A stretch of 31,020 nucleotides of DNA from assembly GCF_003334315.1 (NCBI RefSeq), contig NZ_QOWR01000054.1; one strand, given 5' to 3'. Made by a program: the position numbers and the translations under genes. Of this stretch, positions 22,706-31,020 are shown piece by piece; the stretch's first letter is position 1, and each line of letters begins with the position of its first letter. The notes beneath the pieces were generated by a model. The model searched no databases and was not told the origin of the DNA. It worked only from the letters and a program-made list of their open reading frames with translations. Origin of the DNA: Escherichia coli (GTDB lineage: Bacteria; Pseudomonadota; Gammaproteobacteria; Enterobacterales; Enterobacteriaceae).

Positions 22706-22781
22706 GGATTTGCTCCCGTCGGAGTTAGCACAATCCGCTGCCGGGTTTTAACCCGACAGCAGTGACCTGTTTGAGCGAGAA

Positions 22782-25700
22782 TTACTCGTCTTCCAGTTCG
22801 ATGTTGATACCCAGCGAACGAATCTCTTTCAACAATACGTTGAAGGATTCTGGCATGCCCGGCTCCATCTGATGGTTGCCGTCCACGATGTTTTTATACA
22901 TCTTGGTACGACCGTTCACGTCATCAGACTTAACGGTGAGCATTTCCTGCAGGGTGTATGCTGCGCCGTATGCTTCCAGCGCCCACACTTCCATCTCCCC
23001 GAAACGCTGACCACCGAACTGTGCCTTACCACCCAGCGGCTGCTGAGTAACCAGGCTGTAAGAACCGGTGGAACGCGCGTGCATCTTGTCGTCGACCAGG
23101 TGGTTCAGTTTCAGCATGTACATGTAACCAACGGTTACCGGACGCTCGAACTGTTCACCAGTGCGACCATCGTACAGGCGGATCTGACCGGAAGTCGGCA
23201 GGTCGCCAAGTTTCAGCAGCTCTTTAATTTCTGCTTCTTTCGCACCGTCGAACACCGGCGTTGCGATTGGCATACCTTTGCGCAGGTTTTCAGCCAGACG
23301 CATAACTTCTTCATCGCTGAAGGTACTCAGGTCAACTTTCTGACGAACGTCAGCGCCCAGATCGTACGCACGCTGGATGAATTCGCGCAGTTTCGCGACT
23401 TCTTGCTGCTGTTTCAGCATGGCGTTGATCTTGTCGCCGATACCTTTCGCAGCCATACCCAGGTGGGTTTCGAGGATCTGACCGATGTTCATACGAGACG
23501 GTACGCCCAGCGGGTTCAGTACGATGTCTACCGGCGTACCGTTTTCATCGTAAGGCATATCTTCGATCGGGTTGATCTTAGAAATTACACCCTTGTTACC
23601 GTGACGACCTGCCATCTTGTCACCAGGCTGGATACGGCGTTTAACCGCCAGATATACCTTAACAATCTTCAGCACGCCCGGTGCCAGATCGTCGCCCTGG
23701 GTGATTTTGCGGCGTTTCGCTTCGAGTTTCTTCTCGAACTCGTGTTTCAGTTCGTCATACTGCTCAGCCAGCTGTTCCAGCTGATTTTGTTTCTCTTCGT
23801 CTGTCAGGCCCAGCTCCAGCCAGCGATCGCGCGGCAGTTTGTCGAGCTTCTCAGCTTCAACGCCACCGGCTACCAGCACAGCACGGATACGGCTGAACAG
23901 ACCCGCTTCGAGGATCTGCAGTTCTTCAGACAGGTCTTTCTTCGCCTGTTTGAGCTGCATTTCTTCGATTTCCAGCGCACGTTTGTCTTTTTCTACGCCA
24001 TCGCGAGTAAAGACCTGAACGTCGATAACCGTACCGGATACACCGTTTGGTACGCGCAGAGAAGAGTCTTTAACGTCAGAGGCTTTCTCACCGAAGATCG
24101 CACGCAGCAGTTTTTCTTCTGGGGTCAGCTGAGTTTCACCTTTCGGCGTTACCTTACCAACCAGAATGTCGCCACCGGTCACTTCCGCACCAATGTAAAC
24201 GATACCGGATTCATCCAGTTTGGAGAGCGCAGCTTCACCCACGTTCGGGATGTCAGCGGTGATCTCTTCCGGACCCAGCTTGGTGTCACGGGACACACAC
24301 GCCAGTTCCTGAATGTGGATGGTGGTGAAACGGTCTTCCTGAACAACACGCTCGGATACGAGGATGGAGTCTTCGAAGTTGTAACCATTCCACGGCATGA
24401 ACGCTACGCGCATGTTCTGACCAAGCGCCAGTTCACCGAGGTCGGTGGACGGACCGTCTGCCAGCACGTCGCCACGTTCAACCGGTTCACCCAGAGACAC
24501 ACACGGCATCTGGTTGATACAGGTGTTCTGGTTAGAACGGGTGTATTTGGTCAGGTTGTAGATGTCGATACCTGCTTCACCCGGATACATCTCGTCTTCG
24601 TTAACTTTGATAACGATACGGGAAGCATCCACGTACTGAACGACACCACCACGTTTAGCTACCGCAGTTACACCGGAGTCAACGGCAACAGCACGTTCCA
24701 TACCAGTACCAACCAGCGGCTTATCAGCGCGCAGAGTCGGAACGGCCTGACGTTGCATGTTCGCACCCATCAATGCACGGTTGGCGTCATCGTGTTCCAG
24801 GAACGGGATCAGGGACGCACCGACGGATACCACCTGCTGGGTGGATACGTCCATGTAGTCAACCTGGTCGCGGCTGAACAAGCTGGATTCGCCTTTGCTA
24901 CGGCAAGTTACCAGGTCTTCTACGAAGTGGCCTTCTTCATCCAAGTTGGAGTTCGCCTGGGCGATAACGTAGTTGCCTTCTTCGATAGCAGACAGGTAGT
25001 GAATTTCGTCAGTTACAACACCGTCGGTCACTTTACGATACGGAGTCTCAAGGAAGCCGTATTCGTTAGTCTGTGCGTACACGGACAGAGAGTTGATCAG
25101 ACCGATGTTCGGACCTTCAGGGGTTTCGATTGGACATACGCGACCGTAGTGAGTCGGGTGTACGTCTCGAACTTCGAAGCCTGCACGTTCACGGGTCAGA
25201 CCGCCTGGGCCGAGTGCGGAGATACGACGTTTGTGCGTAATCTCAGACAGCGGGTTGTTCTGGTCCATAAACTGAGACAGCTGGCTGGAACCGAAGAACT
25301 CTTTCACTGCTGCGGAAATCGGCTTGGCGTTGATCATATCCTGTGGCATCAGGGTATCCAGATCGCCCAGAGACAGACGCTCTTTCACCGCACGCTCTAC
25401 ACGTACCAGGCCAACGCGGAACTGGTTTTCCGCCATTTCGCCAACGGAACGGATACGACGGTTGCCGAGGTGGTCGATATCATCGACTTCGCCTTTACCG
25501 TTACGGATATCGATGAGCTTTTTCATAACATCAATGATGTCGTCTTTGCTCAGGATACCGGAACCTTCGATTTCTTCGCGCAGCAGAGAACGGTTGAACT
25601 TCATACGACCAACCGCAGACAAGTCATAACGGTCTTCGGAGAAGAACAGGTTCTCGAACAGGCTTTCAGCTGCTTCACGAGTCGGCGGCTCGCCAGGGCG

Positions 25701-26810
25701 CATCATGCGGTAGATTTCTACCAGTGCGCTCAGACGGTCGTTAGTTGGGTCGACACGTAAGGTTTCAGAGATATATGGGCCGTGATCCAGATCGTTGGTG
25801 AACAGCGTTTCGATACGCTTGTGACCAGACTGGCTCAGCTTAGCCAGCAGATCCAGGCTCAGCTCCATGTTCGCTGCGCAGATCAGCTCGCCGGTAGACT
25901 CATCAATATAGTCTTTAGCAACCACTTTACCTGCGATGTACTCAACCGGGACTTCGATCAGTTTGACGTCGTCTTTTTCCAGCTGGCGAATGTGGCGCGC
26001 AGTGATACGGCGGCCTTTTTCTACGTACACTTTACCGTTAGCTTCGATGTCAAAAGATGCGGTTTCACCACGCAGGCGTTCCGGCACCAGTTCCATCTGC
26101 AGCTTGTTATCACGGATTTCAAAGATAACTTTTTCAAAGAACAGGTCGAGGATCTGCTCTGTGGTGTAGTTCAGGGCGCGCAGAATGATGGTCGCAGGCA
26201 GTTTACGGCGACGGTCGATACGTACGAACAGGTTGTCCTTCGGATCGAATTCGAAGTCCAGCCAGGAACCACGGTAAGGGATGATACGCGCGTTATACAG
26301 CACTTTACCCGAAGAGTGGGTTTTACCTTTGTCGGAGTCAAAGAAGACGCCCGGACTACGGTGCAGCTGGGAAACGATAACACGCTCAGTACCGTTGATA
26401 ACAAAGGTACCGTTGTCTGTCATGAGCGGAATTTCGCCCATGTAGACTTCTTGTTCTTTAATGTCTTTTACGGTGCCTTCCGGCGCTTCGCGCTCATAGA
26501 TCACCAGACGCAGTTTAACGCGCAGCGGTGCGGAATAGGTCACGCCACGGATTTGACATTCCTGGACGTCAAACACCGGTTCGCCAAGGCGGTAGCTGAC
26601 GTATTGCAGCTCGGAATTACCGCTGTAGCTCTGAATCGGGAATACGGAACGGAAAGCAGCTTCCAGACCATACTGCCCTTCAGGATCTTGCTCGATAAAT
26701 TTCTGAAACGAGTCAAGCTGGATAGAAAGGAGATAAGGTACATCCAGAACTTGTGGACGTTTACCAAAATCCTTACGAATACGTTTTTTCTCGGTATAGG
26801 AGTAAACCAT
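22782..26810 (-). CDS. rpoB: DNA-directed RNA polymerase subunit beta
   Basis: The ORF track extends to 26843, but the recognised start [28 protein letters not shown] is the ATG at 26808-26810 with a GAGGAA RBS; 1342 aa; the rifampicin-resistance region reads as wild type. Confidence 0.99.
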
Positions 26811-27058
26811 AGGGTTCCTCAGCTCGCTGACAAGTCGACCCATCTGTCCATTGAGCGGACAGTTTGTGCAACACTATTTTGTTGACCGGAAAATGGAACA
26901 CTTTCCGCAATGCCTGTTGCTATCACGCTTAAACCATTTCATTGCGATTTACACAGAACGGACGTCCTGTCGCAGTATATTAAGTCGTCGATAGAAACAA
27001 GCATTGAAAGGCACAGCAGTAGTCAAACAGTGTGAAACGCTACTGGCGCCTTACAGCG

Positions 27059-27089
27059 CAAAAAGGCTGGTGACTAAAAAGTCACCAGC
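27059..27089 (-). terminator. rplL-rpoB intergenic attenuator (partial intrinsic terminator)
   Basis: On the minus strand GGCTGGTGACT-TTTT-AGTCACCAGCC followed by TTTTT lies about 40 nt after the rplL stop; a second hairpin (CAGCCTGA...TCAGGCTG) sits just upstream of it. A partial terminator is known at this position in the L10 operon. Confidence 0.7.
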
Positions 27090-27129
27090 CATCAGCCTGA
27101 TTTCTCAGGCTGCAACCGGAAGGGTTGGC

Positions 27130-27495
<366 letters not shown>

Positions 27496-27561
27496 TTAAA
27501 TTGTTCCTGAATATCAGAATAAGTTTATACGTAAGCGAATGCGTTAAAAAGATAACTGCGA

Positions 27562-28059
27562 TTAAGCAGCTTCTTTCGCATCGCGTACAGCAGCCAGAGT
27601 ACGAACCAGTTTGCCAGCCGAAGCTTCTTTCATGGTTGCCATCAGGCGTGCAATTGCTTCTTCGTAGGTCGGCAGAGTTGCCAGGCGGTCGATCTGAGAC
27701 GCCGGGATCAGCTCACCTTCAAAGGCAGCGGCTTTGACCTCAAATTTTGCATTCGCTTTCGCGAACTCTTTGAACAGACGAGCAGCAGCGCCCGGGTGTT
27801 CCATAGAGTATGCAATCAGGGTCGGACCAACAAACGCGTCTTTCAGGCACTCGAACGGAGTACCTTCAACAGCACGGCGCAGCAGGGTGTTACGAACAAC
27901 ACGCATGTATACGCCAGCTTCGCGACCTGCTTTACGCAGTTCAGTCATTTTATCTACAGTTACGCCACGGGAATCCGCAACTACTGCAGACAGCGCGCCT
28001 TTGGCTACTTCGCTGACTTCAGCAACAATCGCTTGTTTGTCTTGAAGATTTAAAGCCAT
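27562..28059 (-). CDS. rplJ: 50S ribosomal protein L10
   Basis: 165-aa [66 protein letters not shown]..., recognised as L10. Confidence 0.99.
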
Positions 28060-28471
28060 TAGCTTTGCTCCTGGATGTTTGCCAGAGAAAATCTCTGGAA
28101 CTCACTTCACTCCTCCAAACGGAGAGAGCGTCTTAATTACGGTGAGCAGAAACAAGCCAGAATATAAAAGAATAATCTTAGCGTTCTGTCACCGTCTACG
28201 CAGGGGATTAAGTTTCTTGCGAAACTCCTGCGGTCTTCGACGGAGGCCTGGATAGGCCAGGCTCCAACGAACAAATCTTTTCTATCCGTCGCTATTCAGC
28301 TTGTGACGGCGTTGGCTTCCTTCGTTCGCACCAGTCACATAGTTAGCTATGCTCCTGGCGACTCACTCAGTTGCCGCCTTGCCACAACCCGAATATCTCG
28401 GATATACGTCTGCATTAAGCATTATACGTGGGGGTAAGATTGTAGACAAAATCACCGCCCACGTAAAGGCA
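28060..28471 (-). promoter_or_regulatory. Long rplJL leader (L10 promoter and L10-(L12)4 autoregulatory target region)
   Basis: A 412-bp non-coding gap between rplA and rplJ with no plausible ORF on the sense strand; the rplJ leader is known to be long and structured and to bind L10-L12 for translational feedback. Exact sub-element boundaries were not determined. Confidence 0.6.
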
Positions 28472-29671
<1,200 letters not shown>

Positions 29672-29687
29672 TTACGGGCAAGGCCCA

Positions 29688-29726
29688 TAAAAACAAAAGG
29701 CGCGAAATTGTATTCCAATCTCGCGC
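29688..29726 (-). terminator. Intrinsic terminator/attenuator between nusG and rplK
   Basis: On the minus strand AAGGCGCGAGATTGGAATACAATTTCGCGCCTT followed by TTGTTTTT lies about 40 nt downstream of the nusG stop; the remaining roughly 80 nt before rplK is the L11 operon leader. Coordinates approximate. Confidence 0.6.
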
Positions 29727-29766
29727 CTTGTGCAACGATTAAATCGCCGCTTTTTTGATCGCTGGG

Positions 29767-30312
29767 TTAGGCTTTTTCAACCTGGCTGAAGTCCAGCTCT
29801 ACCGGGGTCGCACGACCGAAGATAGAAACAGACACTTTCAGACGAGATTTCTCGTAATCCACTTCTTCAACAACACCGTTGAAGTCAGCGAACGGACCAT
29901 CATTAACACGGACCATTTCACCCGGTTCAAACAGCGTTTTCGGACGCGGCTTATCACCAACCTGCTGCAGGCGGTTCATAATCGCATCGACTTCTTTATC
30001 GCTGATTGGCGCAGGACGATCGGAAGTACCGCCGATGAAGCCCATCACACGCGGTACGCTGCGCACCAGGTGCCAGCTCGCGTCGTTCATCACCATCTGA
30101 ACGAGGACGTAGCCAGGGAAGAATTTACGTTCGCTTTTGCGACGCTGACCGCCACGGATTTCAACCACTTCTTCGGTTGGTACCATGACTTCACCAAACA
30201 AATCTTCCATGTTGTGTAATTTGATATGCTCACGCAGCGACGTTGCTACGCGGCCTTCAAAACCGGAAAACGCCTGAACGACGTACCAGCGCTTTTTAGG
30301 AGCTTCAGACAT
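29767..30312 (-). CDS. nusG: Transcription termination/antitermination factor NusG
   Basis: 181-aa [72 protein letters not shown]..., recognised as NusG. Confidence 0.98.
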
Positions 30313-30313
30313 C

Positions 30314-30697
30314 TCAGAACCTCAGGCCAGTGATAAAGGATACCAGGCGAACCAGAATACCATCCAGTCCCCACAGGATCAGTGACATTACTGCGGTAAC
30401 CGCAGCCACAATCAGCGTGGTGTGCAATGTTTCCTGGCGAGTCGGCCAAATGACCTTACGGACTTCGGTACGCGCTTCACGGGCAAAAGCAACGGTAGCT
30501 TTACCTTTTGTCGTTAACAGCGCGACACCACCCGCTGCAGCAATCAGAATTACTACGGCCAGCGCACGCAGCGGCAGCATAATGTCGCGATAAAGATAGT
30601 TGCCGACAATCGCCACCAGGAGCAATGCCACCACAACGACCCACTTCATCGCTTCCAGGCCGCGCCCGCTTCCTTGAGCTTCGGTATTCGCACTCAT
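30314..30697 (-). CDS. secE: Protein translocase subunit SecE
   Basis: 127-aa ORF with three hydrophobic segments ([38 protein letters not shown]...); stop 1 nt before the nusG start. Confidence 0.97.
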
Positions 30698-30870
30698 AAA
30701 CCAACCTGTCAGAAGTTTTCTACAAACATTTTCACCCCGCGATCGCGAGGCAAACCAAATCGAAACGCGTATTAGCTTTTCGGATTATACGCCCTCAACA
30801 GAGCCTGTCTCAGCAATGATTATGACAAAGAAAATCACTGATGAGCCAGGTTCTGGTACGAAAGCGTGCA

Positions 30871-30896
30871 AAAAGGGCATCAAATGATGCCCTTTT
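30871..30896 (-). terminator. Rho-independent terminator downstream of tufB
   Basis: AAAA-GGGCAT-CAAATG-ATGCCC-TTTT, a hairpin flanked by A and T runs, about 30 nt after the tufB stop. Confidence 0.65.
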
Positions 30897-30926
30897 AGTG
30901 CGCATTGCGTCAAATGTTATCGGCAA

Positions 30927-31020
<94 letters not shown>

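Noticed and set aside
22872-26885. Long plus-strand ORFs (962 aa and 367 aa) antisense to rpoB
   Set aside because: Same reasoning: shadow frames opposite a strongly codon-biased essential gene, with no start-site or RBS support.

Overview
This window reads as a contiguous, syntenic stretch of Escherichia coli (K-12-like) core chromosome, presented as the reverse complement of the usual map orientation. I recognise it from the protein sequences and gene order; no database search was run. It begins inside an rRNA operon leader (rrnE-type; the 16S gene lies just beyond the window start, promoters P1/P2 on the minus strand). Gene order is purH-purD (+), zraR-zraS (-), zraP (+), yjaH-hupA-yjaG-nfi-hemE-nudC (-), rsd (+), the TPP riboswitch and thiC-thiE-thiF-thiS-thiG-thiH (+), an sroH-like small-RNA locus, htrC (-), rpoC-rpoB (-), rplL-rplJ-rplA-rplK (-), nusG-secE (-) and the 3' end of tufB (-). 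All intergenic distances are compact and match the known layout. I found no insertion, mobile element, CRISPR array, prophage fragment or unexplained gene-sized gap, so I do not see a novel system here and will not claim one. The most notable observation is that zraP, read from its signal-peptide start, misses a Gly/His-rich tail that sits in another frame and instead runs 60 bp into convergent yjaH, consistent with a 1-nt indel. Other points worth a second look are a 46-bp perfect inverted repeat between the divergent sigma-54 promoters of zraP and zraSR, a 38-bp near-perfect palindrome in the purH 5' UTR, and a clean sigma-70 promoter plus terminator bracketing a roughly 170-nt transcript between thiH and htrC. 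Manually indexed coordinates of regulatory elements are approximate (plus or minus a few nt); CDS coordinates follow the supplied ORF track, with starts trimmed where a shorter, RBS-supported start fits the recognised protein.
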